From assembly GCF_013417155.1 (NCBI RefSeq), contig NZ_VPEO01000002.1:106481-130480 (forward strand): a DNA stretch of 24,000 nucleotides. Direction: 5' to 3'. Of this stretch, positions 10,106-17,514 are shown in pieces; positions within the stretch are counted from its first letter, which is position 1, and every line of letters begins with the position of its first letter. A program made the position numbers and the translations under genes. Under the pieces are notes generated by a model, which made no database searches, was not told where the DNA came from, and worked only from the letters and a program-made list of their open reading frames with translations. The stretch comes from Acinetobacter sp. YH16052 (lineage in GTDB: Bacteria > Pseudomonadota > Gammaproteobacteria > Pseudomonadales > Moraxellaceae).

Positions 10106-12211
10106 ATGCCAGGCCCACAGGTCAGTCAAGCCAAGCAGCAGTTAGAGATCATTATCGACGCGTATTTAAATCAAAGCGATGTTGAACGTGTGCTTGCGGC
10201 CTGTGATTATGCAGATATTGCCCATGACGGGATTGTACGTAAAAGTGGCGAACCTTATATTTTGCATCCGATTGCGGTCAGCTGTATTCTGGCGCATATG
10301 CGTCTTGACCCTGAAACGCTAATGGCTGCCTTGCTGCATGATGTGATTGAAGACACCGAGTTTAACAAAGACGATATTACTGAGACATTTGGTTTTACTG
10401 TAGCCGAGCTGGTCGATGGCGTGACCAAACTGAGTCATTCCAGCGATAAAGAATATAATAAAGCCGCTTCATTCCGGAAAATTCTGCAAGCCACCTTACA
10501 AGATCCACGTGTCATTATTGTGAAACTGGCCGACCGTTATCACAACATGACCACTTTGGACGCACTGCGTCCCGACAAACGCGCGCGTATTGCCCGCGAA
10601 ACCTTTGAAATTTTTGTTCCAATGGCACGTATTGTCGGTATGAACGAAATGGCCGATAACCTGGAACATCTTTGTTATCAGAATCTAGATCTGGATATGT
10701 ATAACAATGTGCAGGCTGCCCTGCTGGAAACCAAGCCAAAACGCTGTGAATATCAGGCCAAATGGGAAAAGAACCTGACTGAACTGCTGCAACAGAATGC
10801 CATTCAGGGCCGGATTAAGAAGAAGAATAATAATATTGAGCTACTGCGCCACTTCGTTAAAAATGATATCGATCTACAAGAATTAACTCATAGCCATGCT
10901 TTTGAAATTATTTTACAGAGCATCGCGGACTGTGACCGACTGGCAGAAATCCTGACACAAAGTTTTAAAATCCAGAGTTATGAAGATCATATCCGCCGCC
11001 CATTACCGGGAGGCAACCAGTCCTTGATGATGCGCCTGAAAGGCGAAAAGACCACTTTGTCTTTGACTATTCAAACCGAACTCATGCGTAAAGCGGCACG
11101 TTTTGGCGTTGTACTCGGTGAAAGTGCGCCGCAAGCCTGCCGCTCTGCGATTCAGGCCTCGATGCAAAATCTGAATGTTCTGGTCGATGGTGAATGTGCC
11201 AAAACCACTTTCAGTGAACTACTGGATTATCTGCACCAAGAAAAAATCTGGGTCTATACTCCGCACGGCCATTTACATGAATTGCCGCAAGGTGCCACGG
11301 CGGTCGACTTTGCTTATGCCGCGAGTTTATTCCTGGGCAACCATGCGGTGGGTGCAAAAATTAATAATGAGACCAAACCACTGTCGACTCCTCTAGTCAG
11401 TGGTCAGGTGGTCGAAATTATTACCGATGTCCTTGCGACTCCGAACCCAGATTGGCTCAGTTTTATTAATACCCAGAAAGCTCGTCGTGCTATTCAGAAT
11501 ATTCTGCGTGATCAGGACCCAGACGAACAGCGTCTGGTCGGGCAACAGGCTCTCAATCGTGCACTGAAACTCTTCCATCGTTCCATTCGTGATCTGACGG
11601 AAGCAGACTGGAAAAATCTTTTGGAATGGCGCCATGTTTCCAGCAAGGAACAGCTATTTGAACAGATTGCAGTCGGTGATTTATTACCGCAACTGGTGGC
11701 CAACCATTTATTTGCCCAAGATCAGCATCAGAATATTGCCAGCTCAGACCGTCTGATTCAGGGAACGGAAGGTGTCGATGTCAAATATGCACATTGCTGC
11801 AATCCTGTGCTGGGTGATCCAATTCAGGGGCATTTGACCCGTCGCGGTCTGATTGTGCATCGTGCGCGCTGCCATAACCTGCTGCATGAACAGCATCAGC
11901 ATCCAGAAAATATCATGTTGTTGCAGTGGACCTCTGATGATCTGGAAGATATCAGCTTTACTGCCTATCTCAGCATTGACCTGAACATGAATGACGAGCA
12001 GATTTCCGACCTGATTTACCAATGTCGTAAAGCGCATTCCGGGGTGGAAATGGTGCGCACTCAGGATGACAAAACTTACGTCAATATCGTGGTGCATAAC
12101 CGTAAACAGATTGCACAGATTATCCGGGATTTACGCATGTATTTCGGTTTCCCGCGAATTATCCGTCTGGCACAGCCCGTTGTTTTCAGTGAAGCCTCTA
12201 AAGCGAGTTAA
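10106..12211 (+). CDS. spoT: RelA/SpoT-homolog long RSH; HD ppGpp hydrolase domain intact, synthetase-like domain degenerate
   Basis: The HD motif is present (HPIAVSCIL...LLHDVIEDT). A TGS-like region (VYTPHGHLHELPQGATAVDFAYA) and a C-terminal ACT-like region are also present. The gene lies directly downstream of rpoZ. Confidence 0.95.
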   Translation: MPGPQVSQAKQQLEIIIDAYLNQSDVERVLAACDYADIAHDGIVRKSGEPYILHPIAVSCILAHMRLDPETLMAALLHDVIEDTEFNKDDITETFGFTVAELVDGVTKLSHSSDKEYNKAASFRKILQATLQDPRVIIVKLADRYHNMTTLDALRPDKRARIARETFEIFVPMARIVGMNEMADNLEHLCYQNLDLDMYNNVQAALLETKPKRCEYQAKWEKNLTELLQQNAIQGRIKKKNNNIELLRHFVKNDIDLQELTHSHAFEIILQSIADCDRLAEILTQSFKIQSYEDHIRRPLPGGNQSLMMRLKGEKTTLSLTIQTELMRKAARFGVVLGESAPQACRSAIQASMQNLNVLVDGECAKTTFSELLDYLHQEKIWVYTPHGHLHELPQGATAVDFAYAASLFLGNHAVGAKINNETKPLSTPLVSGQVVEIITDVLATPNPDWLSFINTQKARRAIQNILRDQDPDEQRLVGQQALNRALKLFHRSIRDLTEADWKNLLEWRHVSSKEQLFEQIAVGDLLPQLVANHLFAQDQHQNIASSDRLIQGTEGVDVKYAHCCNPVLGDPIQGHLTRRGLIVHRARCHNLLHEQHQHPENIMLLQWTSDDLEDISFTAYLSIDLNMNDEQISDLIYQCRKAHSGVEMVRTQDDKTYVNIVVHNRKQIAQIIRDLRMYFGFPRIIRLAQPVVFSEASKAS

Positions 12212-12286
12212 TCATTTAAAACGATAGTGCTTTGATCGGCCGAATTGATCGAATATGATGTATGTCGATGATAAAAGGAGAAATTA

Positions 12287-12670
12287 ATGTCCCGCCAAGT
12301 AATCCATACTGAAAATGCCCCTGCTGCGATTGGCACTTATTCGCAAGCCATTTTAGTGGGTGATACCTTATATCTATCAGGTCAAATTGGCCTGGATCCT
12401 TATAGTATGGAACTGGTTGAAGGCATTGAAGCGCAAATTCGCCGGGTGTTTGATAACTTAAAAGCAGTCTGTGAAGCCGCCGGTGGTTCTTTGGCAGATA
12501 TCGCCAAACTGAATATTTTCTTGACCGATTTGTCTCACTTTCAACTCGTGAACCAGATTATGGGCGAGTATTTTGCCCAGCCTTATCCAGCACGTGCCGC
12601 TTTAGGTGTCGCCAGCCTGCCTAAAGATGCTTTGGTTGAAATGGATGGTATTGTCATCATTAATCAATAA
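12287..12670 (+). CDS. ridA: RidA/YjgF-family reactive intermediate (enamine/imine) deaminase
   Basis: The 127-aa protein has the [16 protein letters not shown] and [20 protein letters not shown] motifs. AAGGAG Shine-Dalgarno upstream. Confidence 0.93.
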   Translation: MSRQVIHTENAPAAIGTYSQAILVGDTLYLSGQIGLDPYSMELVEGIEAQIRRVFDNLKAVCEAAGGSLADIAKLNIFLTDLSHFQLVNQIMGEYFAQPYPARAALGVASLPKDALVEMDGIVIINQ

Positions 12671-12720
12671 GTTATAAAAACCACTTAATTCCCGCCCTGC
12701 AATATCTCATTCTAAATCAC

Positions 12721-12782
12721 AAATCACTCTTGTGCGGAAATCTAAGCAGTACTTGGATTTCCGCTCAGGCAGTGATTTTTTA
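12721..12782 (+). terminator. Nested hairpin with T-run after ridA
   Basis: An outer stem AAATCACT / AGTGATTT encloses an inner stem GCGGAAATC..AAG / CTTGGATTTCCGC (12734-12764). TTTTTT follows. Confidence 0.6.
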
Positions 12783-12826
12783 TCTAAATCATCAATCATG
12801 ATAAAAGCTATTTCAAATGATTTTTA

Positions 12827-12856
12827 TTGACAAACGATAACAATTATCAATAATAT
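12827..12856 (+). promoter_or_regulatory. Candidate sigma-70 promoter of bfd overlapped by a Fur-box-like sequence
   Basis: TTGACA (12827-12832) lies 18 nt upstream of TAATAT (12851-12856). GATAACAATTATCAATAAT (12836-12854) matches 13 of 19 positions of the Fur consensus GATAATGATAATCATTATC. A weaker AT-rich TCATGATAA-type repeat lies at about 12788-12806. Confidence 0.6.
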
Positions 12857-12890
12857 TACTTATCTTATTCAATCACTGTGGTTGTGTCCT

Positions 12891-13085
12891 ATGTACGTTT
12901 GTCTATGCCGTGGCATTACAGATCAAGACATTAAAGATGCTATTGCAAATGGCGCTGAAAGTTATCGTGATGTCCGCGATATGTTGGACTTGGGAACTTG
13001 CTGTGGCCGCTGTGCACCAGAAGCCCGTATGATCATCAGTGATGAAGTTTCACAAATTGCAGCACGGCTGGCAGTTGCAGCATAA
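12891..13085 (+). CDS. bfd: Bacterioferritin-associated ferredoxin (BFD-like [2Fe-2S])
   Basis: MYVCLCRGITDQDIKDAI ... CCGRC gives the four-Cys CxC...CxxC pattern. The protein is 64 aa from the ATG at 12891. The ORF-track start at 12882 is a TTG. Confidence 0.9.
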   Translation: MYVCLCRGITDQDIKDAIANGAESYRDVRDMLDLGTCCGRCAPEARMIISDEVSQIAARLAVAA

Positions 13086-13147
13086 ATTAAAAATATTTCT
13101 CCTTATAAGCATAATGAAAAACAATGATCTTCGATCATTACTCCTCC

Positions 13148-13176
13148 CCCGCCTTTGACTCTGGCGGGTTTTTATT
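13148..13176 (+). terminator. Rho-independent terminator after bfd
   Basis: CCCGCC / GGCGGG stem with a 9-nt loop, followed by TTTTTATT on the plus strand. There is no T-run on the minus strand. Confidence 0.7.
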
Positions 13177-13179
13177 GCC

Positions 13180-13330
13180 ACTCATCTGAGTCTGGATCGA
13201 TTCGATGTCGATTTTCATTTGCTGTTCCTTGACATCCTCACCTCTCTAAATAGAGCTGATTCCTCCTGCGAGACGCTTATGCCCAAGCGCAAGTATGTTC
13301 TTAGCACTATTCAAGTCCCGATCCAGAACA
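13180..13330 (-). ncRNA. Predicted omega-RNA (reRNA) scaffold overlapping the tnpB 3' end and right end
   Basis: This call rests on position only. In characterised TnpB systems the guide RNA scaffold covers the 3' end of tnpB plus the right end. Local stem-loops are present, such as ATCGA...TCGAT at 13196-13206 and ACTC/GAGT around 13181-13192. No covariance-model search was possible. Confidence 0.3.
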
Positions 13331-14307
13331 CTTGAACAGTTTTCACATTCCCATACTCTTATTCGCAAATCTGCTCTACCTTTCGGACTGCTTGCAGTGA
13401 CCTCACCACAGCATGAACACATTTGGGTTGTGAAACTTTCACTAACTTCTTCAAACCATACTCCTGCGTTCTCGCATTTATACTTGAGCATGGTCTTGAA
13501 TGCTGAAAATCCGGTATCCAGAACAGACTTCGCCATCTTGGTTTTCACCAGTTTTTTCGCACTCAGATCGCCTACAACAATTAGTGCATTTTTCTTTATA
13601 AGCATTGTACTCGCTTTGTGCAAATGGTCTTTACGACAGTTTGCAATCTTGGCGTGTAATGCACGGACCCGTTTTCTATTTTTCGCTCGTTGAGCAATCC
13701 CTAATTTCTGTTCATATTGACGGTAGAACTTGGGATTTGAAATTATCGTACCATCCGAACAAGTGGCTATATCCTTTAAGCCCAGATCAATCCCAATCAA
13801 ATTAGTCGCAGTCGATTTCTCAATTTTAGGGCTATTCACAACTAAGCAGACATACCAGCGGCCACGCGCATCCTCGACAAACGAACCAGTCTTGATACTG
13901 TAATTTGACAGTCCATAGCTATCCCATATTTTAAACTGATGCTTGCCATACTGGATATGGCCATCAGCATACTTGATTGCTACTTTCTTAAAGGGTATCC
14001 AACCTAGTGATCTTCTGGCTGATTTCTTATGACTGACCCGCCATCTTAGTTTGGTCTTCTTGAATTGCTTTCTGCGTATGACTAATTCTTCGGTAATAGC
14101 CTGAATGGTTTGACTATGTAACCCACAAAGCCTAGATGTACCTTTCGTATATTCAGCAATATCGTAAGCACTGAGAAATTCACCTTTTCTTTTAAGGTGT
14201 TTAAAGCTTAAATCATTGACATAATTCCAGACGAAATTCACTTCAGATGCTAATTGCTCTAATATCTTGGAATGTTTATCTTTAATGCGTAATTTAAGTG
14301 TTTTCAT
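13246..14307 (-). CDS. tnpB: TnpB (OrfB) RNA-guided endonuclease-like transposon protein, 353 aa
   Basis: RuvC-I is IGIDLGLKD, the RuvC-II Glu is in VWFEEVSESFTTQ, and RuvC-III is LDRDLNSAKNI. The zinc ribbon is CSCCG...CENC. The basic bridge region is QRAKNRKRVRALHAKIANCRKDH. Confidence 0.93.
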   Translation of the reverse strand: MKTLKLRIKDKHSKILEQLASEVNFVWNYVNDLSFKHLKRKGEFLSAYDIAEYTKGTSRLCGLHSQTIQAITEELVIRRKQFKKTKLRWRVSHKKSARRSLGWIPFKKVAIKYADGHIQYGKHQFKIWDSYGLSNYSIKTGSFVEDARGRWYVCLVVNSPKIEKSTATNLIGIDLGLKDIATCSDGTIISNPKFYRQYEQKLGIAQRAKNRKRVRALHAKIANCRKDHLHKASTMLIKKNALIVVGDLSAKKLVKTKMAKSVLDTGFSAFKTMLKYKCENAGVWFEEVSESFTTQMCSCCGEVTASSPKGRADLRIRVWECENCSSVLDRDLNSAKNILALGHKRLAGGISSI

Positions 14308-14369
14308 GCGATTATTTTATCAATGAAAATAACCAATAGAATATCCAAAGTTAAAAATGTTAATTTGAA

Positions 14370-14386
14370 ACGACATTTCATGTCGT
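14370..14386 (-). repeat. Left-end subterminal hairpin of the tnpB element
   Basis: Perfect 7-bp stem ACGACAT-TTC-ATGTCGT (top strand ACGACAT GAA ATGTCGT), 63 nt upstream of the tnpB ATG. Confidence 0.5.
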
Positions 14387-14538
14387 ATGGCTTAGGTCAC
14401 TCATTTATATCCCTGCCTTGAAAACGAGGTTTTACGTTTGATTTGATAAATTACTCGCCATTTGCCCCTGACTTGCTTTACTATCAGGATTAGAGCGCTT
14501 TCTTAGAAAGATAAAACAGGTCCAAATGGAGTTATGCG

Positions 14539-15003
14539 ATGAAAGGCAATCGTGATGTGATTAATCAGCTCAATCAGGTGTTGTATCACCACTTAACTGC
14601 CATTAACCAGTATTTCCTGCATTCGCGCATGTTTAATGACTGGGGCATTGAGAAACTGGGCTCGGCAGAATATAAAGAATCCATTGTTCAGATGAAACAT
14701 GCCGACAAAATTATTGAACGTATTTTATTTTTGGAAGGTCTGCCGAATTTACAGAATCTGGGCAAACTGTATATTGGTCAGCATACTCAAGAAGTGCTGC
14801 ATTGTGATGTGCGCAAAGTTAAAGAAAATATTGAAGCCATCCAGAAAGCAGTCGCGCTGGCTGAAACCCAAATGGATTATGTAACGCGTGATCTGGTACA
14901 GGAAATCCTAGAGAAAGAAGAAAACTATCTGGATTGGACCACGACACAAATCGATCTGATCGAGAATATTGGCATCGAAAACTATATTCAAAGTCAGCTC
15001 TAA
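14539..15003 (+). CDS. bfr: Bacterioferritin
   Basis: MKGNRDVINQLNQVLYHHLTAINQYFLHSRMFNDWG gives the ferritin-like di-iron motifs. The protein is 154 aa, with GGAG upstream. Confidence 0.95.
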   Translation: MKGNRDVINQLNQVLYHHLTAINQYFLHSRMFNDWGIEKLGSAEYKESIVQMKHADKIIERILFLEGLPNLQNLGKLYIGQHTQEVLHCDVRKVKENIEAIQKAVALAETQMDYVTRDLVQEILEKEENYLDWTTTQIDLIENIGIENYIQSQL

Positions 15004-15019
15004 ACTTAAAATTAAGCCC

Positions 15020-15047
15020 AAAAAGCCAGCATCTGCTGGCTTTTTTG
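15020..15047. terminator. Bidirectional rho-independent terminator shared by the convergent bfr and pglL-like genes
   Basis: AGCCAGC-ATCT-GCTGGCT is flanked by an A-run on one side and a T-run on the other. Confidence 0.8.
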
Positions 15048-15050
15048 TAT

Positions 15051-16685
15051 TTAGCGAGGTACATCCTGCGTTAATTCTTCATAACTCATTTCAGTTTTCT
15101 GAATGGTCTTTAAGCGTTGCAGCTGGTGCTTGGCTTCCGCCTCATATCCATTAAAAGCTAAAAGTTTGGCATATTTGATCAGGTTATATTTAGTCGGATA
15201 ACTCAAGACCATTTGTTCACCTTCCTGAATCTGTTCAGCAGACGCTTTGCTATAAGGATTCAGACGAATCCAGGCAATACGATGATTAAACTCAGTCAGT
15301 AGATAAATTGGTTTTTCATTGGTGATTTTTTCCGGCTGTTTTTCATAACGAATACTTTGCCCGAGTTTTGGTACTGCAACATCATAATCGCGATAAATCA
15401 CAATTAATAGAAGTAACCCAACAGAAAAAATGAATTTCATACCAATTGATGGCATAACCACTTTTTTAGTTTTTGGACTTTGTGCCAGAACCGTACCCAG
15501 AATAAAACCTACTGGCAACAGGAAATAGGCATAATGCTGTGGAAACTCAAACATGGCATGTGTGACAAATGCTCCAATCATCAAAATTCCAATGACAGAC
15601 TCTGGCGTATTGACCCAGCGTTGCAACTGATAGCCCAAATAACCAAAGTAGGCCAAGAAAGGCAGACCGATGATTAATCCATTCCAGAGCAAAAAGTCCA
15701 GAATAAAATTATGTGAACTACGAATCCAGACCGGACCTTGCACCGTATCACTAATCGAGACAAAAGCGACACTGGTCTGATACCAGCCATAGCCAAACCA
15801 TGGCTGCGCCTGAATGGCTGCCAGCATCTGCTGCCAGATTGCGAGGCGTGACATATCACCGGTAGCACGCGCTACTACATCTCGGCTTTGGACTACGTCC
15901 GTATTCATCACCTGTGCAGCCAGCTGACTGAGTAATGGAAAAGCCACAATACAGCAAATAAAGAAGATGAACCAAGCGGTGCTGTAAACCCATTTCAGGT
16001 GAATAATGCCTTTATATTGGTAGAACGCTAAATACAGCATGATGGCGGTTGCAGCGACCCATGCAGTACGCGACTGACTTAACGCCACTCCCATGACAAT
16101 CACAGCAGCGCAGGCAAACAACCATTTGGTCTGGATTTTTTTCTTTTCATAGAGGTACAAACAGCTCATCAATGCCATGACTAAAAAAGTTGCCATATTA
16201 TTGGGCTGGGCGAAGTTGGCATAGGGCCGCTGATTGCCACTGATATTCACCATGCCTGGCAATATTGAGTCAAGATTTATCCACTGACATAGAGCAATTA
16301 ATCCTGTAATGGTGCCTGACACCAAGAATACATAGCTTAAATGGGTAAAGGTTTCTTCTCGGCTATTGTTTCCTGTAGAAAAATTATAGCCAAGTACACT
16401 TGCCAGCCAAAAGCTAAAAACAAAAATAAAGCCCATCATGGCAGTGCTAAAGAAAAATACCTGTCCTGTCAGAAAATGTATCAGTGGTACACAGGCGAGT
16501 AGCAATAATGGCAGACTGAGAGCTGGAATTTTGAGTTTTTCTTTGAGGCAAATTGCAGCTAAAGCAAATAGTACAAAAAAGGCATATAGCTCACCCGTAT
16601 ATGTCACCCAAGGCCGATAATGAATGGGCATGAGCCATGCAAGGGAAATGAGAATTGCTGCTATTAGAGCGAGCATGAATTTCAT
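15051..16685 (-). CDS. pglL: O-antigen-ligase-family (Wzy_C) polytopic membrane protein, PglL-like general O-oligosaccharyltransferase
   Basis: About 12 predicted TM segments. Motifs are RPYANFAQPNNMATF, LSQSRTAWV, QPWFGYGWYQTS, SSHNFILDFLLWNG and HAMFEFPQHYAYFLLP. Its position next to bfr and near pilA matches the described Acinetobacter pglL locus. The symbol is assigned by synteny and architecture only. Confidence 0.7.
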   Translation of the reverse strand: MKFMLALIAAILISLAWLMPIHYRPWVTYTGELYAFFVLFALAAICLKEKLKIPALSLPLLLLACVPLIHFLTGQVFFFSTAMMGFIFVFSFWLASVLGYNFSTGNNSREETFTHLSYVFLVSGTITGLIALCQWINLDSILPGMVNISGNQRPYANFAQPNNMATFLVMALMSCLYLYEKKKIQTKWLFACAAVIVMGVALSQSRTAWVAATAIMLYLAFYQYKGIIHLKWVYSTAWFIFFICCIVAFPLLSQLAAQVMNTDVVQSRDVVARATGDMSRLAIWQQMLAAIQAQPWFGYGWYQTSVAFVSISDTVQGPVWIRSSHNFILDFLLWNGLIIGLPFLAYFGYLGYQLQRWVNTPESVIGILMIGAFVTHAMFEFPQHYAYFLLPVGFILGTVLAQSPKTKKVVMPSIGMKFIFSVGLLLLIVIYRDYDVAVPKLGQSIRYEKQPEKITNEKPIYLLTEFNHRIAWIRLNPYSKASAEQIQEGEQMVLSYPTKYNLIKYAKLLAFNGYEAEAKHQLQRLKTIQKTEMSYEELTQDVPR

Positions 16686-16723
16686 GGAAATATCAAGCGG
16701 TAGAAGTTTGGCACATGATAAAC

Positions 16724-16759
16724 AAAAAGCAGATTAAAGGGGAATCTGCTTTTTGTTTT
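16724..16759 (-). terminator. Hairpin terminator between the 245-aa gene and the pglL-like gene
   Basis: AGCAGATT-AAAGGGG-AATCTGCT (16728-16750) has T-runs on both strands. Confidence 0.6.
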
Positions 16760-16776
16760 GATCTTTCAAATACAAG

Positions 16777-17508
16777 TTAGTTCCACGGGCGAAGGTCGAC
16801 GATTGCAAGTGGTTTACCCTGTGCATCAAGCAGTACCGTCATATCTATTTGACTTGCCTTTAGTGGTACAAATCCTACTGCTGTAGGTGAGTCGTCTAAA
16901 ATTTTACGAACACTTAATGCCTCATTGTACTCATAAAGTTTTCTAATATTCAAAATATTTTTACCTAGCACAAGTGCTTTATTATCAAATTCAATATAAC
17001 GATCTGGCATTTGTGATAATGACACTCCTCCAAGCACTTCCGTAAATAAATCAGCTTGACGCTTTTGAATATCTGTAGCCACCTCAACCATCACATATTG
17101 GGGTTTTAATAATGAGGGCTGTTTGTACTGTGGGTGTGCCTTTTCAATATTTTCATTGATGATTTCATTTTTACGCACAAGCTCAAAACGGTCTACATTA
17201 TAAACAATCCAAGCTGGTCGCCCCTGCTCCAAACTATAAATACCATACATCAAAGCCGAAATCTGGATCAAAATAATGACAGTCAAATCAAATTTTAAGG
17301 TTTTTTTATGTTCTTTATAAACCAATAAACCTAATAAAGGTCCAACAATAATATCAATAGCAAATAACATTAAAATGATATAAGTTACACCAACAGCTTT
17401 TGCAAGTGGTGTAGGGTACCAACAGTAAAAAACAACCCCAAGCACCACTAGGGCAATGATAAAGGATAACGTTAGATGCTTGATAAAAAACTGAATACGC
17501 TTTGTCAT
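16777..17508 (-). CDS. 3-TM membrane protein, putative type IV pilin accessory protein (TfpX/TfpY/TfpZ/FimB-like)
   Basis: Three N-terminal TM helices (LTLSFIIALVVLGVVFYCWYP, VTYIILMLFAIDIIVGPLLGLLVY, LTVIILIQISALMYGIY) precede a soluble C-terminal part of about 150 aa. The gene lies in the pilA downstream cassette. The family assignment comes from remembered architecture and the WYP / GPLL-type motifs, and was not searched. The ATG at 17508 is preferred over the TTG at 17514. Confidence 0.45.
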   Translation of the reverse strand: MTKRIQFFIKHLTLSFIIALVVLGVVFYCWYPTPLAKAVGVTYIILMLFAIDIIVGPLLGLLVYKEHKKTLKFDLTVIILIQISALMYGIYSLEQGRPAWIVYNVDRFELVRKNEIINENIEKAHPQYKQPSLLKPQYVMVEVATDIQKRQADLFTEVLGGVSLSQMPDRYIEFDNKALVLGKNILNIRKLYEYNEALSVRKILDDSPTAVGFVPLKASQIDMTVLLDAQGKPLAIVDLRPWN

Positions 17509-17514
17509 AACCAA

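Larger units (their letters stand above)
13180..14410 (-). mobile_element. IS200/IS605-family, tnpB-only (IS1341-like) element; boundaries approximate
   Basis: A complete tnpB is flanked by non-coding arms, each carrying a CGACAT-containing subterminal hairpin (14370-14386 and about 13194-13213). It is inserted antisense in the bfd-bfr intergenic region. There is no tnpA, and I found no terminal inverted repeats or target duplication, as expected for this family. The ends are guessed from hairpin positions only. Confidence 0.55.

Noticed and set aside
13123-13139. AATGATC-TTC-GATCATT hairpin as the definitive right-end hairpin of the tnpB element
   Set aside because: The stem sequence is unrelated to the left-end hairpin stem. 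Accepting it would also put the canonical-looking plus-strand bfd terminator inside the element. It is kept only as an alternative in the omega-RNA finding, because the boundary cannot be decided without an empty-site comparison.
13295-13805. Plus-strand ORFs of 132 aa and 66 aa antisense to tnpB
   Set aside because: They are embedded in the strongly supported tnpB frame and contain no recognisable motif. I checked whether either could be a hidden tnpA. Neither has the HUH / catalytic Tyr pattern of Y1 transposases.
14699-15154. Small ORFs overlapping the bfr 3' end and the bfr/pglL terminator (14699-14884 +, 14819-15064 -, 14969-15154 +)
   Set aside because: They overlap well-supported genes or run through the bidirectional terminator hairpin. 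They show no motifs and no translation signals.
10100-16700. Impression of a codon-usage shift (more CTG/GCC codons) in spoT-ridA-bfr-pglL relative to the pil operon/ispH/gmk, hinting at a recombination mosaic
   Set aside because: The impression is by eye only and I could not compute codon statistics. Differences between highly and lowly expressed genes and membrane-protein genes could explain it. It is not reportable without a quantitative test.
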